A DNA stretch of 64,000 nucleotides from Octopus bimaculoides. Taxonomy: Eukaryota. The translations under genes and the position numbers were made by a program. Shown piece by piece: positions 12,325-26,126 of this stretch (within the stretch, counting starts at the first letter, position 1; each line of letters opens with the position of its first letter). The notes under the pieces are model-generated. The model saw only the letters and a list, made by a program, of their open reading frames with translations, did no database searches and was not told where the DNA came from. The stretch covers positions 70,777,353 to 70,841,352 of the forward strand of contig NC_068989.1 of the NCBI RefSeq assembly GCF_001194135.2, written 5' to 3'.

Positions 12325-12439
12325 CAAACCTTCCACTGCTTTTTTTTTGTACAATGTTTTGATGGTCGGAATAATCTCTAACCATATCCAGAGGATGATA
12401 TAGTTCTATATTAATAGATAAATAAATACTCTGAACACT

Positions 12440-12690
12440 ACCATCTCGAGTTCTCAGAGTGATAGGACCAGTTACTCAGGTTCCATGGTATATAAGTAAT
12501 CATGATCACCACATTCTTTCTGAACATGTAGCCAGGCCATTGCATGGTTGTTCATTTACAGCTGAGTAGACTGGAGAGAGCAATGTGAAAATGAAGAATT
12601 TAGGACAAGAACACAACACACCGGCTAGTTCAGGAATTGAAACCACGATGTTACATCATGAGTTTAGGACACTAACCACTAGGTCATGCA
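12440..12690 (-). mobile_element. SINE family C, decayed
   Basis: cagctgagtagactggag...ggacaagaacacaac...caggaattgaaaccacg...ctaaccactaggtcatgc is the reverse of the family-C head and core. Confidence 0.65.
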
Positions 12691-13029
12691 CTTTCACACA
12701 TTCACACACACATGACTTAGTTAACCATGGTTGTTTGGGTAAAATATTGGTTTCTCAATCACATGGTTTCAGATTCAGTTCCACTGTATGGAACCTTGAG
12801 CCAACCAAAGCCTTGGTAGACAGAAAGAAGCTTGTTCTGTGTATACATTATTTAAAGCCAACCTTTTCATGCTTGCACGTGTCAGACAGAATTTGGCAGA
12901 TTTTCTACAGTTGGATACTCTCCTTGTCACCAACCCAAACCTTCCAAGTAAGGCAATATTTGCTTATGGCCAGACATTTTTCTAATGGAAGACTGGAAAT
13001 GCCAGGGTTAATTTAATCTTCCCTCTCTT

Positions 13030-13290
13030 CAGAGTTGGTAAAAGTTTCAGTAATAACCAACAGGCAACATCAACCTAGTAAGAGAAACTTTACTTGTAGA
13101 AATCAGGAGGAAGGGACAATAGCTATGGCATTCACAGGCTCTCCAAGATTGGTGAGAGTGATGCCCTTGAACAAGAGCAAATCAAGACCCATAGGAGAGA
13201 CAAGTGCAGGGAAGGAATTTCAGAAGTTTGATGTTCTGTGATGGACTAGGTTCAGTGCTTAGTGTGCAGGACCCTAAGGGAGGGATACAA
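13030..13290 (-). mobile_element. L2/CR1-group LINE 3' end, decayed
   Basis: Minus translation ..HRTSNF*NSFPALVSPMGLDLLLFK resembles the RTS.LWNSLP..VFP...DL..FK terminal motif and the 3' end of the 25.6-28.35 kb element. Confidence 0.45.
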
Positions 13291-13334
13291 CAAGGGTATG
13301 CAATGGTAATTTCTCTTAAATTTCACACAACTAC

Positions 13335-13790
13335 CCTTTTGTTTACGTATTTCTCTTGAAACACATTGCCTTCGTTTCAATCTATTCTAGAAATAATTAA
13401 GAATTTAATAAAATAACTTCGTCATTATTAAACCAATTTTGGGAACATAAATTAGCATAACTACAAGGTATTTTTTAATGAAATTTTCTACAAATGTGTT
13501 TCAGATGATGTAAACTGCAATTGTATCAGGATTTGTAATGAAAACCGTTTTTCGGTAGGGAAGGAGGGATTTAGGATAATTCATGGCCCTGGCTTTGTTT
13601 CCTCATAACTTTCGGGAAAACGAGAACTTTTTAGTGAAATTTTCTACAAATACTTTTCAAATGATGTAGATTACAATCAAATCAGAATTTTGATGGAAAG
13701 TTCTAATTTAGATAATTTTTAAACATGAATTTTGTATCACAAAACTGAAGAGGTCTTAGGCAGGTTGATATTTAAAAAGGAGGAAAGGAC
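13335..13790. mobile_element. piggyBac-like MITE carrying an internally repeated insert
   Basis: MITE-family sequence on both sides of two ~70-bp units (gaaattttctacaaat...gatgatgta) at about 13480 and 13637. Confidence 0.45.
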
Positions 13791-15262
13791 ACATTAGATA
13801 ATGTAGTCTTAGATAGCCAACCCAAATGGTAAACTGCCATACTGCTGCTTTTGATCGGGTTTAACCTGAGGCTAAACAACAATTTAGTGTGCCTAGCACA
13901 AAAAAAAAAAAGAAGGAAAACATGAAGTCCATATTATAAAATGGCGATTGAGCAGCTTGTATTTATGCTATTATAGAAAGATTAGCTACAAATATAAATA
14001 AGGTGGGTGGCTTCAAAGGACTTCCGGACAGCGCCTCTGATATTAGTTATTATTACAATCGATACTATTACCTGCTTTGTCAGTTAATTAATAATTGGAA
14101 GAAAAAAAAAAAGATAAAGAAAACTATTCTGCTTTATGCATTGTTTTTTTAGTTGCATTTTAGCCCCAGATCTGATTGAGCAGACAGGCCTATGACCAAA
14201 AAGAGTTCCAGCCGTGACCATCCTATTTTTTCCTACGTCAAACTTCTGAATTATGCTGTCTTCTTTATTCTTTATTCAATGCGGTTGAATGCTGTTTTAG
14301 AGATATCTAACTGCTGTTTCTAGCAGTTCGAGAATCCCTGATGCAGTTTTTATTTTCTGGCGCCCATTTTTAATTACAATGACGGTTGTTTTACAGTTAA
14401 TCCTTTTTTTATCTATTTGCTGCAACTATCTATCTCAGTTTGGTTTCTTGAGATTAGAAATACAGTGAACACGTTTTATTTAAAACGTTCACAGAAAGTA
14501 CTTTATAAACCAGGAAAAGTAATGAAATCATTTGAATATCATCCCCCTACGCTACAGTGTCGTTACCATATCTATCTAGCAATCTATGACCACGAATCAA
14601 TCACGTTTCTTAAAAGTAGGGTATCTCAAACAATTAGTTTGATTAGGTTCGAAATTTCATCCACACATACATAGATAGATATGCATACACACACACATGC
14701 ACGCACATATAAATATACACACCATATCATTCACATCTCAGTGAAAAGAAAATAAGAAAATAAAAGACAGCTTTCAGCGGCTTTATCAATAATATATAAC
14801 GAGAGAGAGAGAGAAGAATAGAAAGAGAAAAGAATTTATTGAAAGTGAAATGTACCTCAACAGAAACGAGTTTATATATTATATTCCCAGGTACCAATTA
14901 TAATAAATGTGACTTAATATCATGTTAAGCAAAACTCGTCACATGCCCCAACAAGACAGAGCTAATAATGTAGGCTCTCTCTCTAATAATAATAATATTA
15001 TTATTATTATCTCTCTCTCCTTTTCTATTTCATCACACACAGCTAAGCAAGTCCAACAGGTATTAATAATAAGCATTATGGAGTCGATAGGTTTTGTTAT
15101 ATATATATATATATCTTTGCTTCTCCAGTCTGTTTCATCTCTTATCCTTATCTTTCTCTCTCTTTAACATTAAAGGGAGATCGAAAAGAGGAAGAGAGAA
15201 ATGTGCTTAAGAAAGAAAAAGTTCAAAATACGTTATGGACAACGACATATATATATATATAT

Positions 15263-15293
<31 letters not shown>

Positions 15294-16920
15294 NNNNNNN
15301 NNNNNNNNNNNNNNNNNNNNNNNNNNNNNNNNNNNNNNNNNNNNNNNNNNNNNNNNNNNNNNNNNNNNNNNNNNNNNNNNNNNNNNNNNNNNNNNNNNNN
15401 NNNNNNNNNNNNNNNNNNNNNNNNNNNNNNNNNNNNNNNNNNNNNNNNNNNNNNNNNNNNNNNNNNNNNNNNNNNNNNNNNNNNNNNNNNNNNNNNNNNN
15501 NNNNNNNNNNNNNNNNNNNNNNNNNNNNNNNNNNNNNNNNNNNNNNNNNNNNNNNNNNNNNNNNNNNNNNNNNNNNNNNNNNNNNNNNNNNNNNNNNNNN
15601 NNNNNNNNNNNNNNNNNNNNNNNNNNNNNNNNNNNNNNNNNNNNNNNNNNNNNNNNNNNNNNNNNNNNNNNNNNNNNNNNNNNNNNNNNNNNNNNNNNNN
15701 NNNNNNNNNNNNNNNNNNNNNNNNNNNNNNNNNNNNNNNNNNNNNNNNNNNNNNNNNNNNNNNNNNNNNNNNNNNNNNNNNNNNNNNNNNNNNNNNNNNN
15801 NNNNNNNNNNNNNNNNNNNNNNNNNNNNNNNNNNNNNNNNNNNNNNNNNNNNNNNNNNNNNNNNNNNNNNNNNNNNNNNNNNNNNNNNNNNNNNNNNNNN
15901 NNNNNNNNNNNNNNNNNNNNNNNNNNNNNNNNNNNNNNNNNNNNNNNNNNNNNNNNNNNNNNNNNNNNNNNNNNNNNNNNNNNNNNNNNNNNNNNNNNNN
16001 NNNNNNNNNNNNNNNNNNNNNNNNNNNNNNNNNNNNNNNNNNNNNNNNNNNNNNNNNNNNNNNNNNNNNNNNNNNNNNNNNNNNNNNNNNNNNNNTATAT
16101 ATATATATATATAAACAAACACGTGTGTACTAAACATGGATAGAAAATACCTATAGAAAACAATGTGTAGAAAAATATATACTTGAAATATAAAGCTATG
16201 TGAGTGTATTTGTTAGAGTGATTTGCAAAGTTGAGCCACAAACACGAATATGAAAAATGCATCCAACCTCATTCACACCACACAGAGATACTTGTTTTTA
16301 AAACCTAAATTAATTAGCAAGAAAGCTAAGGATTTGATCTAAGATTGAATTGTTGATGAATAGAACGTGTGTGTATGTGTGTTGACTGAGATATGTAGAT
16401 TCAGTTAGGGAGAATTGGATAATTTTATTCGTTCGAACAATTACTACCCAGGTGGTTAATTAATAATAAAGGAAAGAAACTTTAATATGCAAAAATAAAA
16501 AAAAAATAAAAAGAAAATCCTTACAGCAAAAATGAATGAATAAGAATATAATTTTAATTTATAATGAGTAAAATAATAGTAATAATAGTAACAATAATAA
16601 AAGTAAATGTGGATACAAGATAGCTGTTTCATTACGATCATGTTGTATATTATATATTCGTGTCTATTTACTAAATTATACTAAATATATTTTAATGTAT
16701 TGTAATAATATGATCGACCGACTGACTGTCCCTGTGGCAAATATATTATCATCTGTTATCACATGGCGCGCGCGCGAGTATGTGTACATACATACATGAC
16801 TGAGTTCAAAACTCGTCAAGGAGTCGCATTTTATTTTTGCTTCGTATAAAATTCGACGAAAATTTTGTGTGTTGGGGTGATTGAGTGGATGGATGGATGG
16901 ACAGACAGACAGACAGACAA

Positions 16921-16969
<49 letters not shown>

Positions 16970-17066
16970 GGTCGATTTCAATCAGCTATCTAGACCATTC
17001 TTCTACTTAAAATTGGCTCAGTGCCAAGTCAACACAAACCACCACCATTATTATTATTATTATAAT

Positions 17067-17111
<45 letters not shown>

Positions 17112-19389
17112 CACGACCACCACAACAACAACCTAAGTTACATGTGATAGATTTCATATGAAGGTCAGCGAATATGCAANNNNNNNNNNNNNNNNNNNNN
17201 NNNNNNNNNNNNNNNNNNNNNNNNNNNNNNNNNNNNNNNNNNNNNNNNNNNNNNNNNNNNNNNNNNNNNNNNNNNNNNNNNNNNATATATATATATATAC
17301 ATACGTGTGTGTATACGCACACATACAATCACACTCAATGAGAAAACAAAGAGACTGAGAGAATATAGGCTGATGGTGGTGGAATCAATTATTAGTCTGA
17401 AAGAAATAATGATAAAATTTTTTTAAAAAGTGTGGCGGCAAGATTATCTGATCCTGTGGATTTTCTTTTCTCGAACCAACAGCAGAATGAGGAACACAGC
17501 AACAAGCAACAAACAGCTGTAGCAGCAGCAGTTAAGCTGCAATAACAAGCCAGCCAGCTAGCAGAAGAGAAAGAAGGAATTTGGGGACGATGATGAGGGT
17601 GATGCTGGTGGTGGCGGTATGTTGTAGGAGAGTAATTTGGACAAGAGACACTTGTAGAGGTGAAGTAGCAGGAAACACGATGGTAAAATGTGACTAAAAA
17701 AAAAGGTGACATTGTCTTGTGAATTTTGCAGGAGTATTGAAAAATAGAAAGGATAAAAGAAAATGCTTTGGTGAAGAATTGCAACCTTGAGCACGAATAA
17801 GCATCTTTATAAATGAAATTAAATGACAAATTGAAACTGGAAGTAACAATAAAAAAAGATGCTAAACAAGGAAACCTTGAAGACTATAGGACTTGATTAA
17901 AGCTAACGCTTTCACTTCAACAGATAAATCTGGGATAGTAGAAACACACACACACACACACACAAAACATTATTATTAATAGCTTATTTCCATGAAATGT
18001 AAATTTGCAAGATTGAATGAACCGATGCTCTACGTTACTTTTACTTAGTATGGAGACTTAGAAACCGACGCCGTGTAAAATCAAACTGCTATATCTGTTT
18101 TAATAAGAATTTTAATTATTTACTTTTTTTTTTTACCCTTTGAGGGCCAGTTTCGAGCTACTCTAACAGTAATATATACGGGAATAAAATTCTCTTTTTT
18201 TTCTTCTTGCTGCTGAAGGCCTGTGGTATAATTTTTATTTGCTTTGTGTGCCAAAATCTGAATGCATTTGGGTCCGAACTTATGCGTCGTTTCTCAGGCA
18301 TAAGTATTGATATAATTCTTTCATGTATATATCTCAAGCATGTTTATAGAACATTATACATCTGTAACAGAAGATGTGTTTTGATTTATGCTTTGTATAT
18401 ATATGTGTATATGTAAAATATCGTTAATTTTCTAAGATGGTCCACAAAATATACTTTTGTTTCACAACCCAGACTCAGTTTGAGCACTCGCTGGAAAACA
18501 TTTCATTTCACTGCACATAACCGTTTTTTTTTAAAATTTATTTTTAACACATGACTGCCCTTCAGAAATTTATGCACGTCACACAATCTCATTTTCTCTT
18601 CCATTATAAAACTGAGCTACCCTGTGCGTATAAGACAAATCTTTGTCCTAGTACCATAGTTAAGGCAACAATCGACCGCCGTACTTGTTTGGGTTTCGAT
18701 TCTCAGAACAAAGGATTTCACTTATATGTCATTCTTTACTGACATCCTCGAAGAAAATTATATCATCACGCCACATCACATCCCATTTTCTGTAAATCTA
18801 AAACTTGGGTTTTTTATTTATTTATTAATTTTTGTGGGGAGGGAGTTTGTCTAGCCAAAGGACAGGCTATGAATAGTTAGTTGATGGTGAGAAGTTAAAC
18901 CTAGCAGTGAAGATGCACCAGCACCAGTAGATGTACACATGTGCACGAAAACGAAAATATATTTATGTACATGTGCGTTTATGATGTGTGTATGTGTGCG
19001 TTTGCAGCAAACAAAAATGGGGTAGAATTGATGCGATAACGTTATCATACGACCCCCAAGGTTTCAAATATCAAAAAAGGGAGAACAGTGCATCGTGCTT
19101 ATTTCTTCACAAAATGGTAGCAGCCAGCGAAATACCGGTTGAAATTAAACCAGTTAAAATCTCTACAAGAACAGCATATGTACGTATATCGGAAAATATA
19201 ACAAGCATATGACAAGAAAGTGGATTGATTGTTTCTGTTTCTAAGAAAAAGAAAACCGATAATTGCCGTGAATGATAAATGTAGAAAGTTGCAGTTGCAA
19301 CATTACAAGAAACATTATCGATGTTCAGATGTGTGTTAATGAGCCGGGAACTGTTTAAGCACCGTGTATGTGTGCGCGTGTGTATAGAG

Positions 19390-19760
19390 ATCTTTTATTT
19401 TCTTTTACTTGTTTCATCAGTCACTGTGCTGCGACCGTGCTGGGGCATCGCCTTCAACAGTTTTAATCGGATAAACCGACCCTAGTAATAAGTTGTTTTT
19501 TTTTAAGGGCATTTATTCTGTAGGTTTCATTTACCGAATCGTTACGTTACAGGGACATTGTCAACTTTGGTTGTGAAACTGTGGAGGACGCACACAGAGA
19601 TAACTTTCCACAGTTTCTGTTTACCAAATTCACTCTCACAGCATTGGTAGATTCGAGGTTCTAGTAGAAGACACTTGCCAAAAGTGCTGCGTAGTGGAAC
19701 TGAACCCCAAACTGTGTGGTTGCAAAGCGAGGTTCTCAACCACATAACTATGCCTTCGCG
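19390..19760 (-). mobile_element. SINE family A variant, CpGs retained
   Basis: ttcttttacttgtttcatcagtca..gctgcgaccgtgctggggcatcgcc...agaagacacttgccaaaagtgctgcgtagtggaactgaacc. Confidence 0.8.
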
Positions 19761-19904
19761 TTTATATGTGTGTTTGTGTTAGGACAGAGAAGAGAAATAT
19801 AACTCTGCATTAGTAAATATATAACTTATTTTTAACTGGTAGAAACTTGCAAAAATGATTCAAGGGTCAAGAGTTTCATGCATATCACTTACACACACGC
19901 ATCG

Positions 19905-20855
19905 CAGTTTCCTCCACCCCCTATGCCGAAGTGATAATCAAGTTAGTTCTAATATATGTGAAGCCACACGTAACCAAACAGGCCGCACTGCAGGATCCAC
20001 AAGCGTGATAGTTTACCATTGCGTTCTATGTCAACGTTTATCTTCGAAATGTTCGGCTCATGTGCAGGGCGCTATCAGAAATTTATCCATCACCTCTCGT
20101 TATTCGCTCACAATAACCATTCGTATATATCGATGTCATCCTTTTTCAAATTTCCTCCAGCTACGTCTTTGAACTACTTCCTTTATCTTATGCATCCTGC
20201 GTGCTGTCCTTCAGTGAGCTGTGAGTAAAACAGTTGTTTGGACAACAGATGGTCATATTTTTACGCAACATGGCCAGCCTAACGGAGCGTAATCGTAGTT
20301 TCAAAGCAGACTCAAGCAGTACGCTGACAGTCATATGTCTATTGTCACTGAATGTAGCATAATTTTCCTTATACGTCTCTGGTAGAACATTTCAGGCCAT
20401 TGGAGATGTGACCTATAATCCAGGTTTCAGGATTTATACTACAGTAAAATGGGTGCAGCAACGATAAGACTGTGATTTTCATACAGTTATCTTGCAAAGC
20501 GACCAAAAGTTGTATGCGAAGCAGTTCACAAGCTGGATCTTGCATCAATATCAAAGATATTTATGTTGAGAATTAGACCCTTATTGTCGTATACATCAGT
20601 GAAAATGTTGTCTGCAAGTTATTCTGCTGGAATCACACAAACTGCAGTCTCTGCCGATGTTGTCGAAGTCTTTGTTTTGCCAGGATTGAATAACTTGTCA
20701 CATATATGAGATTTGGTCACCAAAATGAATTTGTGTATACCGATCACGAGCACAGTTGAGAGAAAGGAAAAGAGAACAGGGACGATTACACATCCCTGCC
20801 TTACTCCAGTTCTGCCTTCAAACTGATCTGTTGTGGAAGACTAGCATCACATTTA
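19905..20855 (-). mobile_element. RTE-clade LINE, decayed RT C-terminal half
   Basis: Minus strand gives FEGRTGVRQGCVIVPVLFS (RT GVRQG motif), and later LR*AGHVA..DHLLSKQLFYSQLTEGQ...RK*FKDVAGGNLKKDDIDIYEW, the BovB/RTE-1-type C-terminus. Many stops and frameshifts. Confidence 0.85.
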
Positions 20856-23075
20856 AGATTTTATGATGTGCAGAAGCCACGTGATCGTATGCACACACGC
20901 ATATACACACATAGATACACAGACACACACGTTACTGAATCGCGTGAACGAAGACAGGATCCAATTGTATATTATTCAATTATATTGTTGAATAGAATAT
21001 ATCGAAGGCTTCCAATGGCAACTGAAAGTCGTATGGGTTTTTCAGCTACTAGAAATAGGAAGATATTGTGAAACACACACACGAACATAGCCAGGATTTC
21101 AACCGAAGCGATTCTCAATTATTAAAATGGATCCACCATTAACAATTAAATTAGCTAAAAACACACAATGTTAGATCATATTTGCATGGAGATTACGAGA
21201 AGAGTCGTCTCTGAATCTGTCCACACCTTGAATATGTATGTGATTGAGTGTATGTGTGTGTATGTTAAAAAGCCAGAGGGAGAGGAGTCAAGAGTAAAGA
21301 AAATGAGCTATATGTATGTGGGTATATATATATATATATATATATACGTAGGTATATACGTACAAACAGGTGAGTGCATGAGATTGGAGGCCCAGGTCGC
21401 GTGTGTGTGAAAGAGAGAGAGAGAGAGAGCGTGGGAGTCAGGTGAACAAAACACCATAGAACAGAATATGGTCGCAAGTGACCGATTTTACCTCAATATA
21501 TAACTGGAATCCAATTTTACCAGCACTGGTGATTAAATCGTGTGTGTGTGTGTGTGTTTTAATAGCAATTTGACTCGTAGGCTTGTAGGACGAACCTATC
21601 TTGCCAGGTATGAAAGATACCTGACGAGGTAAGTTCGAAGTCGTATAGAGCTGGATCATACTATTTTTAAATAATTTATGTTGCTCCCACCAAATGCGTT
21701 GAGCGTTACTTTCTTTCGTTTGTACACTCACACACACTGTCTCCTAGCAAATTTCAAATTTGGAAAGGTGTATGTAGGTCGGTTACAACGAAAGATTTAA
21801 CTTCAAGCTTACTTAGTCACGTGCATGCGTACCCCCCCCCCCACATTCATATATACAGAGTAAGTAGTAAGAAAAGGGAAGGTGAATGAGATCCGCTTTT
21901 AAAAGAGGTTGGGGGTGGGGTACAAGAAGCAAATTTGGAGGTGATTGTCTATTCAAAACGACGAGTGTATATTTGAGAGCTGTTAGCTGATGTGTGTCAG
22001 TGCACAGAAAGAAGTCATGTTTATTTTATGTATAAAATAGTACATGTTCTTTAGTTTTTGTATATGAGAACGCGTCTCCGTAAGGGGAGAGAAAGAGTGT
22101 GTGTGTGTGTGTAGGCGTATTTGCATGTCTTGGGTAGGCGGGAGAAAATATAAACATGCGCGTTTGCTTGCTTGATTAGGAAGTTCTCTCTCTTGATATA
22201 TATATATATATATATTAACTGGATATGTATACACATATGTGTATATGTGTGTGTGTATACATATAGAACATGTCCATGCAGAGAAAGATTGAATTTAAAA
22301 AATCTACCAACAACACTTAGTATTAATCGATGCATTGATAAGAAAACAAACGTGGCACACACACACTTGTTTTTGACGTCATAAAAATTTATAAACTTCG
22401 AGGTGAAATAATTCTTAATTGGAACGGTACATTTCGAAGGAGATATAGCTCCAAATAACACCGAGTAAATATTTGGTTACAAAGCCCTTCAGACAGATTA
22501 TTTACTCGTAGTTATTTTATAGCTTCCTCTGCTTCAAGATTCACCGTTCCAAAAAAAAAAAAACATTGGTGTACAGTCATAGAATGATCGAAAGTGTTCC
22601 AGCAACGACCATCACGTCTCGATCTGTTTTCCAGACAACTGAGATTGCATTGTCTGTCTTTCCTTTGGTTTTAAAATAGAAAAGCGGGTGGTCAAGGTAC
22701 CATTAGAGGGAGATTTGGCTGCTATTTTTAGCAGGTTGAGCGACCGCAGTGACCCTCGGTTACGTTTGGTTCAAATCACGTGAACTGGATAAAACGCCAC
22801 CTCTATCTGCCATTCCATACGAAACACCTCAACAAACTTTACAAATTGACAGTATCATCTCTGTCTGTCTGTATGTAGGTGTGTGTATGTATGTATACAC
22901 GTATATTATATATATATATATATATATAGGTATAAGTTAGAGGTGTTTAAAACCTCAAAGGGATGGCAAATGTACTATTACTACAACTGTTTATTAATTA
23001 ATTAAATTAATGGCTTACTAGTGCAAACGACTAACTTCTTCCTGTTATTTTCCCTCCAATTACTTCTTGCATATG

Positions 23076-23121
<46 letters not shown>

Positions 23122-24151
23122 CATATATATATATATATATATNNNNNNNNNNNNNNNNNNNNNNNNNNNNNNNNNNNNNNNNNNNNNNNNNNNNNNNNNN
23201 NNNNNNNNNNNNNNNNNNNNNNNNNNNNNNNNNNNNNNNNNNNNNNNNNNNNNNNNNNNNNNNNNNNNNNNNNNNNNNNNNNNNNNNNNNNNNNNNNNNN
23301 NNNNNNNNNNNNNNNNNNNNNNNNNNNNNNNNNNNNNNNNNNNNNNNNNNNNNNNNNNNNNNNNNNNNNNNNNNNNNNNNNNNNNNNNNNNNNNNNNNNN
23401 NNNNNNNNNNNNNNNNNNNNNNNNNNNNNNNNNNNNNNNNNNNNNNNNNNNNNNNNNNNNNNNNNNNNNNNNNNNNNNNNNNNNNNNNNNNNNNNNNNNN
23501 NNNNNNNNNNNNNNNNNNNNNNNNNNNNNNNNNNNNNNNNNNNNNNNNNNNNNNNNNNNNNNNNNNNNNNNNNNNNNNNNNNNNNNNNNNNNNNNNNNNN
23601 NNNNNNNNNNNNNNNNNNNNNNNNNNNNNNNNNNNNNNNNNNNNNNNNNNNNNNNNNNNNNNNNNNNNNNNNNNNNNNNNNNNNNNNNNNNNNNNNNNNN
23701 NNNNNNNNNNNNNNNNNNNNNNNNNNNNNNNNNNNNNNNNNNNNNNNNNNNNNNNNNNNNNNNNNNNNNNNNNNNNNNNNNNNNNNNNNNNNNNNNNNNN
23801 NNNNNNNNNNNNNNNNNNNNNNNNNNNNNNNNNNNNNNNNNNNNNNNNNNNNNNNNNNNNNNNNNNNNNNNNNNNNNNNNNNNNNNNNNNNNNNNNNNNN
23901 NNNNNNNNNNNNNNNNNNNNNNNNNNNNNNNNNNNNNNNNNNNNNNNNNNNNNNNNNNNNNNNNNNNNNNNNNNNNNNNNNNNNNTATATATATATATAT
24001 ATATATATATATTGCTCAATCTAAACTGTCCGACGAATGGGAACCTGAAATTCTGAGCAGTATGTATGTATGTATGTAATACAGTCTACATACACCTGCA
24101 CACGCAGGTTATTTGTCATTAAGTGCTGACTACCAGATCTGCATGTGTGTG

Positions 24152-24208
<57 letters not shown>

Positions 24209-24989
24209 TGCTATATTTAGTCTCTGGATGAGGATATGCAACCAACCAACACTGCAGCTGAAGATAGTGAAACTTCCTTAGACACACACGTACACATATA
24301 TACATATATTTATATATACAGGGATATACGTATATATTCTGCATACATAATACGCAAATATGTAGGCACAATCATCATCATCATCATTTAACGTCCACTT
24401 TCCATGCTGGCATGGGTCGGACGGTTTTGACAGGAGCTGGCTTGGCATAAGACTGCGCCATGCTTTGCTAAATGTAGGTGGACAGTAGGTTGAACAGTGT
24501 TTGTGGTAGGGTTATATTATAACTATGCTGTTTGTGTTATGTTATATGAAATTTTATAACTAAATTTATTTAAATTTTCAGTGCTTTTGTTTTGTATTAT
24601 TGTATACAATAAAATTTAATTATACATGTAATAATTGTTTATCAAAATTTAATTATATTATTATGTAATCTCGAAATAAATGTTATTTACTCTCCACCTA
24701 CTTTTGATTTAGCCTGTATGTATGTGTGTGTGTGTATATATATACACACACACACATGCTATAGCTATATATTTATATAGATTATATATGCACATACACT
24801 ATGTATATATATCTACTATATATTATATAGATATGTACAGACTACATGTATATTATTTATGTACTATATAATTATATATATATACAAGGCTGAGTTACTG
24901 AGTTATATATATACAAGGCCGAATTACTATATTATATACAAGAGTTACTGAAATGCTTGCTTTGTAACCAGGTAATTTTAAATTTAGTT

Positions 24990-25305
24990 CTACTGCATAG
25001 CACCTTAAGTAAGTTCTTTTTATAGGCCTGGAGTGAGCAATGCATTGTTGAGTGTATTTAGCAGACAGTAAGTAACTATGTGGAAGCCTACATGTGTATA
25101 CACACACGTGTCTATATCTGTCTGTCTCACTGCACCACTTGACAACAGGTGTTATTTTGTTTACGTCCCTATAACTAAATGGTTTGGCAAAAAAGACTGA
25201 CAGAATAAGTATCAAACTTTTAAAATATGTACTGTTGTCGAATTATTCAACTAAAACCCTTTAAAACTGTACAATGACTGGAACAAAACACAAAGATAAA
25301 AAAGC
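24990..25305 (+). mobile_element. SINE family A variant, CpG-decayed
   Basis: ccacttgacaacaggtg...gtttacgtccctataactaaatggtttggcaaaa...gactgacagaataagta...gactggaacaaaacacaaagataa. Confidence 0.7.
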
Positions 25306-25752
25306 TTTTATATATATATATATAATCAATTCAATATATAGATGTATATATATATATATAGTCAATAAACGAATAATAAAATTAAAGGACAAAAGGATGC
25401 ACACAAGAAATGTATTAGCTTGACACTCCGTGAAAAGATGTTTCGAGCATAGCTCTTCGTCGGAAAGGAGAAAGGGAAAAGTGCAAGGAAGGAAAAGAAA
25501 TCAACAGTACATGTGTGGTTGCATTGTTAAAGTATATAAACATATACATTATAAATTTAGTTACAATGTCCAATAGGAGAGACAACACTCATGGCCTTCA
25601 AAAGCCTTCCCAAGCCAATAAGACTGATTCTATTAATGTTCCTCTTGAGCCCTATCTATGAGTAGTGTAGGAATTCCAGAGGGTTGGCACTCAGGGATGG
25701 AAAAACTGGGCATAGTGTTTAGTGCAGTGTTTAGAGAGTTGTACATTAGAAT

Positions 25753-25922
25753 CAGTGTCTTCTCAAGGCATGGGCACAGTGGGTAGTTGCCTAAGAGCCC
25801 CACTGATTTAGAGGACCCAGTTTTAATCTATGTATGTTGTGGCTTGTTTGTCATTGCATACTATAGGGCTCAGTGCATTGACTTTTGGGGGGGGGGGCTA
25901 TAATGCTGTTCAGATGGCCCTG
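25753..25922. mobile_element. Probable hAT-type MITE
   Basis: Decayed TIRs cagtgtcttctcaag / ttcagatggccctg. The LINE frame continues on both sides. The TSD is not convincing. Confidence 0.45.
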
Positions 25923-26126
25923 TGAGAAGGGTGACAAAGAGGAGGAGGGCACTGTAGGACATGAGCAACTGTGCGGAGGTGGCATTTGGTCAAGCAACTA
26001 TGAGGAGCAGAGGCCTTATATGGTAAGCAGAAGAAAAGGCAGTGAGAGGAGACAGAATGCCTGTAGGGCAGGGGATGAAGCATGTGACTTCATGCCAGCT
26101 AATCAGAGCAAACCTTTCTTCTATGG

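Noticed and set aside
15201-16262. Long ORFs spanning N runs (also 23.0-24.1, 34.9-35.7, 37.7-38.6, 40.2-41.2, 50.3-51.0, 53.7-54.8 kb)
   Set aside because: Artefacts of translating through assembly gaps and (TA)n flanks.
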